Shown piece after piece: positions 23,642-37,633 of a DNA stretch of 64,000 nt. The notes beneath the pieces were generated by a model that made no database searches, was not told where the DNA came from, and saw nothing but the letters and a program-made list of their open reading frames with translations. The stretch covers positions 62,001 to 126,000 of the forward strand of contig NW_021836152.1 in NCBI RefSeq assembly GCF_006345805.1, read 5' to 3'. The DNA comes from Octopus sinensis. Taxonomy: Eukaryota. The position numbers and the translations under genes are program-made. How positions within the stretch are numbered: position 1 is the first letter of the stretch; each line of letters starts with the position of its first letter.

Positions 23642-25241
23642 ACATTTCTCATTGTTCTGACGAGGTCTGCCATCAAAATATTAAATTTGGCATTGTCCGC
23701 AATGGCTGAGTTCCGGTGGATCAAGTATTTTGAGGCCATAGGTTTGGCATAGTATGAATGAAGGATTTGGGTTTTATTAGTCACAATTTCTAGCCAGAGT
23801 TCAGTGTCTATTACTGGTAGTCTATGGTTGGGGTGTTTATTGGGGTAGTCTATTGTGACCTTAATACTCTGGTGGATGGAGTTAGCTATTTGCTGGATGA
23901 TCTCCATAGTATTAGTTTCTAATACTATATCAACATTACTTTCTTGTGGGGGTGCCCTTGCCACTATGTTGATATCATCAACATAGCGAGAGTACATGTT
24001 TACGAGTATGGAGTTCTGTGTTGGGCGTTCTTTAAGCCTTCTGTCTCACTATACCATGAAAAGGTTAGCCACATCACCAGCGATACTAACGCCGATGGCT
24101 GCCCCCTCGACCTGGGCATATATTTTATTATTAAACTGAAACGTGTGGCCTTTTAGGGTAACTCTTATACTAGCTCCTGGTGCATGTGCGATCATTTCTT
24201 TACCTGATGGACATTTGCGGGGCTCCGTATGGCTCTGGTCCATCCGCGCCATCTTTCTATATGTGTCTTCCTAGCCATAGAAGTAATTGTGGGCGGTCTA
24301 CCTCTTAAACATCTACTGGGGCAGAAACTACTAAGATTATGTTTATCTAAGTATTCATTATTACATGTCAGTCTAAGTAGGAGGCCCAGTTCTTCTATGT
24401 TGACATTACGGAACTCCACCTGGCTTTCGCTGATCATCTCCACGCACTTCTCCACCGAAAAATCTACGTCGATCGATGGGTATAGGGATACCACATCCGT
24501 GCTACCCACCATACATCCTGCCAGGTCACAAGTGTTGTTACAGTCATTGATCCTGCTGAGGAGATCTGCTGTGCTGTCACAAACATCAGGTGACATCCGG
24601 ATTATAGGGCGTATGATCATTGAGAGGAAGTAGGAGATTCTGTAATTGCTAGCGATATTCGCTCTACAGACTGGTCTTGTTGGTGGTCCTGCTATAGGGT
24701 CAGTAATTACTTTATGGTCCTTGCGAAGTCCATACAGTGCCGGGATATCACTGTTCCAGGCTTTGAAATTATTTGCTGTACGTTTCTGGGGTCCCAGAAC
24801 AATTGTCCACATCATCATGTGGGAGTTGAGGAACTTTTCTCTCTCCTCATGCGCCTGTACAGTTGTTATTCTTGTATTGGCGATATGAGGTTGTATTTAT
24901 ATACATGAACGTATATAAACAGAAGACACAAATATTACAGGCATCCCCGCACATACACACATTAAATAAACATAGACGCACATAGAGATATAAGCATACG
25001 CAAATGACAACATACAATACAAATACAAAATGGCTGACGGTTAGTAAGGAGAGACACAAATAAGAAAGAAGAAAACAAAGGACCACTGATGCGGTCACAG
25101 GAATGTGACGAAAGAACTCTGGCCGAAATAAGATTAAGATTAATGTAAAAATAAATAACACCGAAGCAAAATAACACCAAATATATAGTGCGTGTGTTTT
25201 TATTGGCTAAACTGGCAATATGACCATTCCAAAATATAACA

Positions 25242-25277
<36 letters not shown>

Positions 25278-25297
25278 GTATATATATATATATATAT

Positions 25298-28200
25298 GAA
25301 AAAACAAGTCAAAAATAGAAAATGCTAAAATAATTTTATAGTGAATCTTTCAGTACCGGTTTCGGTCATTTTGAGACCTTTTCAACTGTAACGATTAAAT
25401 AATTAAATTTAGAAAAATTAGAAGAAAAGTTTTTTTAAAGGAATATTTCTATAGTAGTGTTCAGATATAAGTGGCATTCTGCCTTTCTCTGACTCCCTTG
25501 TTTGCACTTGTGTGTTCGAGGTCGTTGTGAGTTCTTGGTAGGGTAGGAGAAGAAGAATGCTGATGTGGAGAGGGGGTGGGAGTGGGAAAATCTGGGAGTG
25601 CCCTGATGGTCGTATTTTGAATGGTCAGTGGCGGCCAGCAGTCGCAGTCCAATTCAGGAATTGTTTATGGAATTTGTGTAGGCGTTATACTAAAAGACAT
25701 TAGTGACAAGGTTAAGGGGTAGAAGGTGGAGAAGTAGAAGAAGAAGAAGATGACGATGTTGATGATGATGATGATGATGAAGAAGAAGAAGAAGAAGAAG
25801 AAGAAGAAGAAGAAGAAGAAGAAGAAGAAGAAGGAGAAGGAGAAGATGATGATGATGATGATGGTGGTGATGATGATGACGACGATGATGATGATAATGA
25901 TGATGATGAAGAAGAAGAGGAAGAAGAAGAAAAAAAAACAGAGAAGGGAGAATATGAATGGGTGAAAGTATAGCTGCGATGGAGCTGATTAGTAATGGAT
26001 TCTATGGAATGTAATATTTGTGTGTGTATATATTTCTTTTATTCTAAAGTTGAGGTATATTAATTGTTTGTCGTAGACCCGTTAAGAAGTGGCCTGTATT
26101 TTGTAATAAAGAGATTTTCTTTACTTATTCGTTGTCTCGAGGTTGTATCGTCCCTAAATTGGTAGAGGGGGAAAATCCTGAAGCTTGGTGTTTTTTTGTT
26201 GGCGCAAGTATCTATGTGTTGGCTAAAAGCTATTTTTCTGTTTTGGGGAATTTTTATCTGGGATCTGTGCAGGGCCATTCGTTTACGCAAACTATTTTTT
26301 GTTTGGCCTATGTACTGCTCTTGACACCCGGAGCAGGTTAGTGAGTATATTAGGTTCTCCGAAGCACATGTGAAGTTGCTTTTCACTGTAAACCGTTGTC
26401 CCTGTTTGAAGGAGAACTCTGATCCCTCAATTAGATAGTCGCATATCCCGCAATTGGGTCTTCCACATTTTTTTACTGTCGGCTTCTGTGTTGAAGAGTG
26501 ACTTCGGGCTTGTGTTAGGAGACTTTTCATGGATCTAGGCTGTCTTTTGCTTTTTATGATCGTGTGTGTTTGGAGGATTGTGTTCATTCTGTGGTCTTTT
26601 TTTAGGAGGGGTATGTTGTGGAGGATGGTGCCGAAGGCTTCGTTATTGAGAGGGTTGTGTGTGGAGATGTATGGTACGGCTTTTGGTTGTAAGTTTTTCT
26701 TTGATTTGGGATGTCTCAGTTCCTTGATGTTAAGTTGAAGGGCACGTTGAATGCACTTGTCAATAAGTGAAGGTGGATAGTTCCTGGTGATAAGGGTATC
26801 TTTTAGTTCTTGTAGTCGTGTGTCTCTGGTGTTTGCGTTAGAGACTATAGTGCATATCCTTTTTGCTAGATTGAAGGGGATATTCATCCTGGTGTGTCTG
26901 GGGTGGCATGAATTGAATGGAAGATATTGCTTAGAGTCTGTAGGCTTATAGTATATGTCTGTTTCTATTATATTATTAGCTTTCTTAATGAGGATATCGA
27001 GGAAGGGGAGTTGTTGCTGGCTATATTCCATCGTGAATTGGATGTTTACGTCCAGTCCGTTTAAAATTTCCTGGAATTCTATGAGTTTTTCTATATTTTT
27101 ATGCCAAAGAATGAAACAGTCATCTAGATATCTCTTCCAGTTGTTTTCTATGTAGATGGAGAAAGGGCTGCCATATCTTTTTAGAACCTTACGATACAGA
27201 CTGATCTCTAGATATCCTATGACTAGGTTGGCAAAGGAGGGGGCCATTCGTGTACCCATCGCAGTCCCCGATTTTTGTCGGTAGAAGTTGTCATTGAAGG
27301 CGAAGAAGTTATTTTCCAGGATGAATTTAACCCCTTCTATCACGAATTCGTTTTTGATGCGGTGTGGTAGTTCGTTGGCGTGATTCTCTAGCCAGAATTG
27401 GATTGCCTCTAGTCCTAGGTTGTGGGGGATATTGGAGTAGAGGTTGACTACATCGAAGGATACCAGTATGGTGTTTTTGTTTATAGTATTCGGTAAGTGA
27501 TTGAGCATATCTAAGTCGTCCCTTATATAGCTTTTGACATGTTTGAGGAGTGGTTTTAACAGGGTGTCTAAAAAGTTACTGAGGCGGTGGGCTTCGCATG
27601 CGGGACCTGCTATTATGGGTCTCAATTTGAGGTCATTAGGATTAGGGACTTTAATTATTTTGTCTGTAGCTATCTTGCATGCGTTGGTTATTTTTTTCAC
27701 TTTTGTGGATCTTAGGTATACCGTAGAATTGGCTGGTTTTACTTGTGAAATTGGTCATACAATCATATTCTTTGTCGGTGAGCCCTGCTTTGTATGGGTT
27801 TAATATGGATTTTAGTTCCCTCATTATTTTTTGTTGACTGTAGTTTTGTGCCTTTTCATAGTATGTTGTGTCTTCCAGCATAGAAAGTACCAAAGTTATG
27901 TAAAATGTCGTATCCATTAAGACAACAGCACTCCCTTTATCGGCCTCTTTGATTGTTATTGTTTTATCTTGTTTTAATTTGTTCAACTCAGCCCATTCTT
28001 TTTTGCTGAAGTTTGGTTTGTGTTTTTGTTTGTGCATATGTTGATATGGGTAATTAGATATGTGGTCACAGAAATCATCAAGTGTTTTGTTCTTACCTTT
28101 CGAGGGGGTGTAGTTACTCCTATTTCTGGCTAACGATTCGTCCTCGTTGTATTTATCGTATAGCTCCTCAGTAAGTCTTAATTTTCTGCAGAATTCTGCG

Positions 28201-28845
28201 ATGTCTTCTTTCATTTCGTTGTAGTTGGGGTGTTGTGGGGTGGGTTCAAACTTGAGTCCTTTGGAAAGTATGTTTATTTGGTTTGCTGTTAGTTCCTTGT
28301 GAGTTAGATTGATAATTTTTATTACTTTTGGTTCCTCCTGCTTGTTTGGTGCTATCTTGTGTCTCTGTGTTTGCGTATTGGGTCTAAAAAATGAATGCGG
28401 TGGTTGGGACGGTAGCTATTATATAGTTGTTCTTTGTTGATGTGGGGTCTCCTGTTGTGATTTATGGTGTGTGTTCTTGGGGCAGTATTGAGGAGAGCAT
28501 CCCGATATCCCATATTCGGGTGTGGTGTTCTAGGAGGCCTTCGTTGGTAATCATTGTAAGTGGTGTGGGTTTGTTGTGCATGGTTGTTTAACCGGTTGAT
28601 GGGACGGAGATTTCGTTGGTAACTCTTTTGGGTGGGGATAAGGTTGCAGTGTCTATGCTGTGGGTGTTGATTTATCCTTTCTCTGCTTGAAGTGGGGGTA
28701 TTCCTGATATTGTATCGCTGGCTGCTTACAGAGATAGGGTTAGGTCCTGTATTCTTTTTTTGAAAGTAGTGAAGGTTCCGATTTTTAGACAGGTGTGTAT
28801 CGGTGTTTGGGTGTTGTTTTGGTTTTCTTATTTTCTGGAAAGGGT
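25298..28845 (-). mobile_element. PLE1 mirror copy (ORF2 split by a +1 A-run indel near 27690-27697)
   Basis: ORFs 27651-28214 and 26060-27700 together reproduce the 717-aa protein. Confidence 0.92.
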
Positions 28846-29896
28846 TGTTATATATATATAAATATATAAATATTGTTGTGAGTTCAACTTAAGGACAGAG
28901 CCGGCGACCTACATTTGGCAATGAATCCATTGTTCTGCCGGATGCGGGTTGATTAATTAGCTCTGGGGAGACTCCCCGACACCTTCGGGTGAATTAGGGT
29001 TCATTTGGAGGGCTGCCTCCTTAAGTAAGCAGTTCAGTGTGTTAGAGACAGTGAAGAAGAGGAAGAAGAAAGTAGTGAGGAAGACAGATTAAGGAATCTG
29101 AGCGGCGATAGAGAGAGTATTAGAGCTAAGAGAGAGATTGAAGGTAGTGACAGAGCAGGAGGTTTTGGGCAGTCGGTATTTGGTCGTCAAGGCGAGCGGT
29201 TGGATTTAGGAGCGAGGATTTGGAATTCAGGGCAAGTGTTTAGCAAGTTGGAGTTAGCAGTACTGAGAGAGATGAGGTGCAATATGAGATACTGGCTATT
29301 CTAGTAGGAACTAAGGTACGTGAATTGTGTATTGATATGTGAAGAAAAAGAAGGAAAAAGAATCGATGTAAAGAGACTGTTGAAAAGAAATGAGACAGTG
29401 AAAAGAGCAATGTGAACTGTGTAAAGACATTGTGTACAGAGTTGTTGGAAAGAGAACTGTGTAATGAACATTGAACTGTATAGGCCTTTAATGCCCTTTG
29501 AACTGTAACTTTAATGTGATTTGAAACATAACTGTTGTCTCCGGACGTGAACTCTTGAAATGCTGTTGTTATTGCATTTGATGTGTTGTTACCCGGACAG
29601 ATTAAATGCTGTGATGTGTTGATTCTGTTACTTGCTTGTATTTACCTGTTGTATACCTGTTTCTTGCATGTATTTTCTTTGATATGTCTGATGTATTTAA
29701 CATTGTATTTGATGTTGTAATGATTGTCATAAACTAGCGTTAAATGTGAGCCAATTGCCTCTGTGTCTCTTCTTCCTGGTGCTGTTGTTGTTGTCTCTCT
29801 CTCCTCTCCGAGTTTTCGTGGCGAACATTCGCTGCATCGAACGGGCCTGTGTGAGGGATTCCGTAACAGCTTTCGTTCGACGGGGGGTCCGCCCGT

Positions 29897-29900
<4 letters not shown>
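28846..29900 (+). mobile_element. Solo LTR mirror copy
   Basis: TGTTATA...GCCCGTAACA, reverse complement of 13788-14842. Confidence 0.7.
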
Positions 29901-29992
<92 letters not shown>

Positions 29993-30933
29993 ATATTTGT
30001 ACTGCAAACACTACTTTTTCCGTCATGGGCATATATTTATATGGATTATTTATAATTGACAAAACACGGTGAGCTTTCATAAACTTTAAAGTTATGAAAT
30101 ATTATATATATATATTAGTATATATATATATATATACATATACGTACACATAAGTTGATTGCTCAATCTTAGCAGATGGTTGCCGTTTTCTTTTGCTTCT
30201 TGTTTGTCAAAGGCATTTCTGTGTTTCCATTCAAGACCTCTCAGTTGAAATTTAGTCTCTCTGCCGATCTGCCTTCTTTGAAGCGTAGGTGAGAGACGAA
30301 AGTTGTTGTAGCCTACCGTGCGCGTCCATTCTTCCACCACCGTAGGAACTTCAGCAGATGAAATGCCGAATGTGGTCATCTTAAAGACATAACTGTGCAT
30401 CATTTGATTATAGTGAGAGGCACCTGTAGAATACCAGTACCACTCTGAGTCTCTGTGACTAGAACCTAGTGGCAGACCGAACAGAGAGGACTTTTAATCA
30501 GGTCAAACAGCAGGTTTTCCATCAGTAGGCACCTCTGATGCAACCAAGGGATGTACATATATGGTCATACATACATACATACATATATTTATACATGTAT
30601 ATGTATATATGTGTGTGTGCGTGTGTGCATATAATGTATATATATGTATATATATATATGTATATATATATATATGTATGCATGTATGTATGTCTGTATG
30701 TATGTATGCATGAAAAGAAGCATATAAGGCGTTGTGTCAAAAGAGATGTGGTGAGAGGTGAAATCGATTGAGAAAAGCAATTAAAAATGTATACGACTCA
30801 TAAAAATGATTCATAAGTTGGTTGACAGAAGTTAGATCCTGGCTGACTGCTTTAACTTGAATGCATGACTTACATTTTTTAATTTTCATTAAAAGTATTA
30901 TTGTTATTATTATTATTATTAACATTATAATTA

Positions 30934-30994
<61 letters not shown>

Positions 30995-31131
30995 CATTAT
31001 TATTATTATTATTATTATCATCATCATTATTATTATTATTATCATTATCATCATCATCATCATTATTATTATCATCATAATTATTATTATCATCATCATC
31101 ATTATTATTATTATCATCATCATTATTATTA

Positions 31132-31187
<56 letters not shown>

Positions 31188-33417
31188 TTTACAGCGGCGA
31201 AATCGATTTTATATTTGATCCTTTCGGGGTTGATAAATTACATCGGGGTCGATGTAATCATCTAGTCCCCACCACCAAAATTAGGAAAAAAACAGCCCAT
31301 TTTATTTACAAGTAAGAATTATTATTTCCTCTACGCACAACAGATTAGACTGGAACAAGAAAAGTTCTTAACATCGGGCTACAGCAAGTAACCTTATATG
31401 CGAAAAACCTTCCTAAGTTTCCTAGCTGTCCCTAATAACACGCTTTCCTGGAGCTGCACTAAAGTAGGTTTTACGCCTAGTTTTTCTATTTCTTTGTGAA
31501 ACCCTTAGGGATAATTCGTAATGCACTTATAGCTACAGGGATACATTTTATCCACACATTTTCTAGCCTCTATAACTGAATGGCTAGACCCTGGTACTTT
31601 GCTATTTTCTGTATAGTTTCCATATTGATTTTCTCATCATTTGGGATTGTAAAGTCAATTACCTGACACTTTCCTTTCTCTTAGGCTACTACTTCTAAAT
31701 GAGGCTTTGTAGCTTCTATTAATCTCTCGGCCTGAATAATAAAATCCCACTATGTCTTATATTTTTTCTTATTTTCTAGCACTTTACTAGATTCATATTT
31801 ATAACACTTATCTGTATGGTCAATTTCTAGCTATCTACATAATTTCCTCTGGATTATTCTACACAACTTATCATGAGTAGTTCTTTACCCTTTGATTTAC
31901 TTAACCTGCTTTGTTAATCTGCCTGATTTTCTTCTATCCTGGATTTTATCCAAATAGTCCTCAATATCAAACCTTGTGTTATTACTAGCAACAGTTTTGT
32001 TTCCCTTTTCAGCCTTGCTTTGTGAATCCACAGCTGTCTCATTATTATTTTCTTCTGAGATTATCTTTGGAGATCTACGGTGCAAAGCCTTCTCTTGCCA
32101 GTCAGATAATCTTACTTCATTTTTTTAAAAGGTCTTTAACCCCTTTGGCCTTTTGGTTTCCCTATCTCCTACTGTTACACTTGAGGTTCTTTATAAAATT
32201 TCATTATTGTAACCTGCATATGAGGCTATATTTACTATAGCTAACTTCGCAGAGTCGTGTTGTTGTTGTTCTCCTTCTTGTGGCCACCCAAGATTTCTTA
32301 TGTCCGCCCGATAGATTTTATCTTCCTCCATTACTATTATATATTCGAGGAGCCTTAAATTTTAAAGATTTACCAACTGGGAATCGAAAAGCTGAAGTAT
32401 TTGAAACATTATCGAAGACAGCAGAAAAATATACTTTACGTAGTTATGATGGTAAGTGAATGAGATGTCTAGAAGAATCTGCAGGTATTGATGTTTCGCC
32501 AATCTTAACCGAGGCGAAGCTATGCATAGCTATATGCAGTTGACGCGCTTAAATACCCTGTAGAACTGTATCAGCTGATTGAAAGTACATTCATTGAAGA
32601 TATTAACGAAGCTACTTTAAAATTTCCTTTAACAATTCATACAGGGAATAGATTTGATATTGTGATTGCATGGTGTTAGTTGTACCACATTAGGCTTACC
32701 AGACCCAGTTCTTAATTTTCATTCTAATGTTCAAACGGATATTTTGGAGGACCGAACTTAATTTGAGGAGGGAATCAAAAGACTTCATTTCAGACAAATA
32801 GTTGTTTGAGAGAATAGTTGATGCCATTTAGAGTGAGGAAGCATTCTTTTCGTTTCACTTGCATCTGGTAGGTCTGGGAGAAAACTATGTTTACAATAAC
32901 AAAGAATAGTATCAAGGGGAACTGGCTGTGATTATGCTGAAAAAGTAGATTTGTCTCGCCATGTGAGAAATAAATTCGTGAAATGAAAACCCATTCTTCT
33001 TAACTGTTGCCAGTAAATATTTCTGCTGTATAAAGAAGATGGTTGCACTCTTCTATAATTATTGCTCATGTTCTATTTAGTAAACTCTTCAGGGGTCTGA
33101 GGTTTCGTTCTCACATTATAATACTCCAAACGTTCATCACCAGAATATGAGGTGGAATTCACGTGGATTTTGTTCATTTAACAACTCCACTGGAAAATTT
33201 ATAGCTCATCTTCCTCATTCAAATGATCATCATCTTGATTATGATAATCTTCACAATCCCCCTCCAGCTCATCATATTCGTTACGGTCGTCATCAATATC
33301 TTTTTCTCAGCATATAGCTAGCAAATTTATTTCTAAGCCCTTATTATAATTACACGGACACACACATATATTATATCTATCTGTCTATCACTCTATCTAT
33401 CTATCTATCTATCTATC

Positions 33418-33478
<61 letters not shown>

Positions 33479-33494
33479 GTAAGCCTCTATCTAC

Positions 33495-33587
<93 letters not shown>

Positions 33588-33598
33588 GATCCATATAG

Positions 33599-33633
<35 letters not shown>

Positions 33634-33652
33634 TAAGGAAAAATTTTTTTAT

Positions 33653-34507
33653 GAGATACTTCTAGAACTAACCTCACACACCAACGAACAGCCCCTCGAA
33701 CTTGTTATTAAACTATGGAAAGATGAATGTGAAAAGGAAGAACGAACCTCCCTCAAACGCTGGGAAAACAACAAAGATTTCTTCCTCAACTATGAAACAC
33801 AATTCATATTAAACCATAAATCCAAAAACCCATTCATAAAAGTACCCACAACACAGACTTCCACTGTACCCCATAAACACCATTCCAAACCGCACCTCAA
33901 ATACACATACTCTCCAAACCCCCTCCTAACAGGACACAACCTCCCCCAACCATATAAAAAACCTTTTCCCCCCCGAAACATCTCAAACAAGACCCACCAC
34001 AAAACCTGGTTTTCCAATCACTCTAACACCCCTCCCCCACCGATTAGAACCTTCAAGAACCTCCCATACACTAGAAATTATCCCCCCCTCAAGGCTCCCC
34101 TCCTTCACACTAATAACAAACAAGGCATCCTACCCACACCGATACATATAAGACCCACCCAACGAACCCCCTATAGTCCACCCATCCAACAACCACATTC
34201 CTACCACATCTCCTACAGATCTCCAAACCCTCACATCCCACACGAACCCAATCACCACAACTACATACCCCCCTACATCCCCCCATACAATCTACCAGTC
34301 ACACACCCACAAACCCATCGCATTTCTCACAAATCCTTACACCATCGCATCCCATACCAACACAAATACGACAACTACCTACCCCCCTCCAACCTCCCCA
34401 CCCAAAAACACTCCTACACATACAACCAGAACTTTAACAAAGAATACACCCCTTACCTCAACAACCATTTTTTAGACAGAGGGGAAAAATACAAACACCA
34501 CCGCTAA
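33653..34507 (+). CDS. PLE2 upstream ORF1 (Pro/His/Asn-rich, 5'-truncated, no ATG)
   Basis: Manual translation: 284 stop-free codons (EILLELTS...KSKNPFIK...NNHFLDRGEKYKHHR*). Missed by the ORF track because it has no start codon. Confidence 0.78.
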   Translation, partial: EILLELTSHTNEQPLELVIKLWKDECEKEERTSLKRWENNKDFFLNYETQFILNHKSKNPFIKVPTTQTSTVPHKHHSKPHLKYTYSPNPLLTGHNLPQPYKKPFPPRNISNKTHHKTWFSNHSNTPPPPIRTFKNLPYTRNYPPLKAPLLHTNNKQGILPTPIHIRPTQRTPYSPPIQQPHSYHISYRSPNPHIPHEPNHHNYIPPYIPPYNLPVTHPQTHRISHKSLHHRIPYQHKYDNYLPPSNLPTQKHSYTYNQNFNKEYTPYLNNHFLDRGEKYKHHR

Positions 34508-36785
34508 CACAGACCCAAAATAAGAAAACAAAAATTATAAATCTCTCCAGCAAAACACTGACACCAACCCAAATCAACATCCTAGCAAGAGGTTTGAAAT
34601 TCACACCCACCCCAAGAACACCCAACCCCCGGAGGTCAAGGATGACGTTTCTGAATTCTGCAGAAAACTTCGCCTAACAGAAGCTTTGACAGATATCAAC
34701 AATGGGGACGATTCATTGATCAGAAATAAAAGCAACTTCCTACCACCAAAAGGGAGAAATAAAACACTGGACGATTTCTGTAAACACATCCAGAGTCTCC
34801 CCTTTACCCCAAGCAAAACCAAGGTAAAATCCAATTTCAGTAAGGAAGAATGAGAAAACCTACGTGACATACAACTGGATAAAAACCTCACCATCAAAGA
34901 AGCGGACAAAGGGAGTGCTGTGGTCCTTATGGACACGGAATTTTATAAACACCTAGTGTTCTCCATGCTTAACAATAACATTTTCTATGAGGTTATTAAC
35001 AACTACAAACAGCAAAAAACAATCAGAAACCTCACCACACTCATACGCCAACACGGTCAGGGACTCACAGAAAAAGAAAGGGATTATATCACCATTTTCA
35101 AATGCAAGCCCAGCCTTTTTTATGGCCTTCCTAAAATCCATAAAAACAAATACATCACCGAAGCCTGCAAACTCTCCACTGACATCCACATCAACATCAA
35201 AGCACCGGAGGACCTAAAACTAAGGCCCATCGTGGCTGGTACCTCCTGTGAAACACACCGCCTGAGTAACTTCCTAGACATCCTTTTGAAACCTTTCCTT
35301 ACCCACATCAAAAGTTTCATTAGGGATGATCTGGACATGCTCAAACACCTCCCGAAAACAGTTAACGAGGAGGCACTCCTGGTATCCCTTGATGTCATCA
35401 ACCTCTACACCAACATTCCACACGAGTATGGTATAGAGGCAATTGACTTCTGGCTAGAAAAACACCCAGAGACATTCCCTGACCGCATTAACAAGTCTTT
35501 TATTACAGAATCTCTTAAGTTCATTCTGACAAACAATTTTTTTCTCTTCGACGACACACACTACCGTCAAAAATGTGGCATTGCGATGGGTACCAAGGCT
35601 GCACCAGTCCTTGCGAACCTCATAATGGGTTACTTCGAACTGTCACTCTATGAAATATCAAGCCAGAAATTTGGACATGTTTTCCACACCTACCTAATGG
35701 AAAACTGGAAAAGGTATTTAGATGATTGTTTCATCATATGGAAAGAACCTTATGAAAAACTCCTGGAATTCAAAACCATACTAAACAACATACATCCCAA
35801 CATCCAATTCACTATGGAATTAAGCAAACATCATCTCCCATTCCTTGATCTCCTAATTATAAAAACACCTAAGAACCAAATCATAACAGACATCTACCAC
35901 AAACCTACAGACTCACAACAATACCTCCTCTTTAGTTCATGCCACCCAAAACACACCAAGACAAATATCCCTTTCAATTTAGCTAAAAGGGTATGCACCA
36001 TTGTCTCGGATCCAAAAACACGAGAAATACGCCTTCAAGACCTCAAAAAAACACTATTACAACGTCAATATCCCTCCACCCTTATAGAGTATGGAATAAA
36101 ACGCGCCAAAGAACTAGACAACACTACACTGAAAACCACCCAACCTAACACCACACACAACCTCAAAATACTTCCATACATTTCCACCCACAACCCCAAA
36201 AATATCGAAGCATACACCACAATCATACAAAACCTCAGTCTACTGTCAACAGACCCAAAAATGAAAAACATTATAAATACACACAAAATCCTCAAATGCA
36301 AAAGGCAACACAAATCTTTAAAAAAACTCTTGACAAATGCCAAACTTCACACACCACATCCACCCCCAACAGTAAAAAAATGTGCACGCTCAAACTGTGG
36401 TACCTGCCCCTTTCTACTTGAAGGCTCTGAATTTACCTTCAAACAAGGTACGAAGTTTAAAATCAAGACTAACTTCTCCTGTTCCTCCGAGAACCTTATC
36501 TACGTTCTCACATGCGCTGGTTGCCAACATAATTATGTTGGACAAACGAGTCTCCCGTTACGTAAACGAGTAACGGTGCATAAAGAACAAATAAACCTTC
36601 CGGAATACCGACAAATTCCACTGAGTGACCACTTAGACTCATGTGCTAAAGACTTAAACCCCAAATTCTATATATTCCCCTTCTACCAATGTAAAGACGG
36701 GATCACCACACAGGAGAGAATTAACAAGGAGAATCTCTTTATTGAAAAATTCCAAACACAACTTAATATGCAAACTCCTCGTTGA
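34474..36785 (+). pseudogene. PLE2 RT + GIY-YIG ORF with a C-run frameshift (~34626-34630) and TGA at 34851
   Basis: KIINLSS..GLKFTPTP, then after the frameshift EVKDDVSEFCRKLRL. The 621-aa ORF 34920-36785 is clearly homologous to PLE1 (RYLDD, CARSNCGTC, LIY...YVG). Confidence 0.92.
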
Positions 36786-37418
36786 TCAAACTTCCTTTCT
36801 CTACCTCACTCTTCATGGATGGACTAACACAAATATATAAAGATACCATGCATTCATCACTTCAAGCTAAAACTTATATTCTTTAAATATCATTTTTACT
36901 ATTGTTGTTATTACTATCATTTTTATTATAAATGATATGACAATTTGAAATGCAATTGTCTATGCAGATTTATATTATTAGAAAATAATATAAATAAAGT
37001 GTTAAAATCTGAAAGTTAAGTTAACAAGCAATTATATAAAAAAGATAATGCAAATGAAGCTAAAATGATAGTTTTATAATTTGGGTTTTATTGAAGAACT
37101 CAAAAGAGTTGTCTCCCCTTACCCACAACACAGGAACTGAAGAACCAGGACCACAATTACTACTACTTCCTGTCCTGCAACATGCTGAATTTAACAACAC
37201 AACACATCACATGCTCTTAATCCCTTTGGATCTTAACACCTCAAGGTAATTTTTTGGTAAACAACCATAAAACTCAAGATACACAACGAACTCACAATGT
37301 ATCGGAGAACTTATTTTTTAATCTTTGTACATTTTTATCATTATTCTTTTACAAAAAACAATGCAATTTTCTATTTTTCCCATTTCTAATTTTTAAAATA
37401 ACTTCTTAAAACATAAAT

Positions 37419-37457
37419 ATTCTTGACAAGTCATACAATGACGAAAACCGGTTGAAT
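37419..37457 (+). ncRNA. Minimal hammerhead ribozyme motif (U3-A8 variant) in the PLE2 3' end
   Basis: ATTC-TTGACAA-GTCA(TACAA)TGAC-GAAA-ACCGGT-T-GAAT: stem I ATTC/GAAT, 4-bp stem II, palindromic ACCGGT. Confidence 0.68.
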
Positions 37458-37596
37458 AAATATATATTTATATATTTTATCATTTTCTCATTTTATTAAA
37501 ATTTTCTTTCATTTGAGCATTCTGTTTTTTTTAAAAAAATTTTTCCTTACTTATCATTTCTCCACGTGCGGTCAACACAACCCCACCATTTATTGA

Positions 37597-37633
<37 letters not shown>

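Larger units (their letters stand above)
33630..37598 (+). mobile_element. Penelope-like element family 2 (PLE2), inserted in (AT)n in the right arm only
   Basis: ORF1 remnant, RT-GIY-YIG, 3' hammerhead motif and 22-bp inverted ends. The equivalent left-arm site (~10110-10190) is an empty (AT)n. Confidence 0.92.

Noticed and set aside
30092-30430. Possible host exon on the minus strand (TTCTACAG acceptor, ORF MMHSYVFKMTTFG...)
   Set aside because: No recognisable homology. The frame runs into microsatellite, the adjacent 30441-30545 matches a dispersed repeat (47969-48060), and most of it is absent from the other arm.
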